Shown: positions 63,863 through 64,000 of the stretch, one piece after another
How positions within the stretch are numbered: the stretch's first letter is position 1
How the letters are laid out: the number at the start of each line of letters is the position of its first letter
Source of the DNA: Escherichia phage B9-1
Sequence record: OQ420740.1
DNA length: 64,000 nucleotides
Direction: 5' to 3' (one strand)
The notes under the pieces: generated by a model
What the model saw: only the letters and a program-made list of their open reading frames with translations
The model's database searches: none
What the model was told of the DNA's origin: nothing
Made by a program: the position numbers and the translations under genes

Positions 63863-64000
63863 ATTCATGGCATCTGCATACAACCGTTTCGGTGAGCCAA
63901 ACCCGAAAGCAACTAAGTATAAAAGTGGGGGAAGTGTGAAACGAGACTATCGTGATGAAAAAGAAGTTGAAACTGTAGAGACTGTTTTAGAAAATACTAA
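63851..64000 (+). CDS. 3-prime-truncated hypothetical CDS
   Basis: ATG 63851 after AGGAGAAG, overlapping upstream stop; frame open to window end. Confidence 0.4.

Noticed and set aside
1-64000. CRISPR arrays, tRNA genes, integrase or repressor genes
   Set aside because: No regularly spaced direct repeats or tRNA-like cloverleaf candidates noticed in the short intergenic gaps, and no recombinase or repressor motifs recognised; absence is not proven without tRNAscan/CRISPR tools.

Overview
This window reads as an almost fully coding stretch of a large, apparently virulent tailed dsDNA phage (Caudoviricetes), about 42-45% GC by eye, with E. coli-like optimal codons in its abundant virion genes. 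No integrase, repressor, tRNA or CRISPR array was seen. Positions 1-43,710 are one plus-strand structural block: end of the head module (scaffold-like, small capsid accessory, major capsid candidate), five head-tail joining ORFs, a contractile-tail core (sheath, tube, chaperone with a candidate -1 frameshift, tape measure), baseplate genes, and an unusually large set of fibre or host-recognition proteins (eight large ORFs of 346-1878 aa). A P2/Mu-like baseplate order (spike V-like, W-like ... J-like, I-like, H-like fibre, Tfa chaperone) appears interrupted by two self-contained cassettes, one of which resembles a lambda/GTA-type tip module. Positions 43,758-50,722 are a minus-strand block of small early-type genes (tandem 77-87 aa paralogues, HAD-like phosphatase, metallopeptidase-vWA protein, HNH-like nuclease) leaving a divergent promoter pair at 50.75-50.83 kb. 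Positions 50,865-64,000 are a plus-strand early block with a MoxR-type AAA+ ATPase, a secreted SleB-like hydrolase, an rIIA/rIIB-like pair, a Dda-like SF1B helicase, an N6-adenine methyltransferase and a divergent C5-methyltransferase-like ORF. A sigma70-like promoter motif (TTGnnn, 17 bp, TAAAAT) recurs in front of structural operons. All functional calls come from motif recognition and gene order by eye; no database search or structure prediction was run. A Vequintavirus-like (rV5-group) coliphage is a low-confidence guess only.
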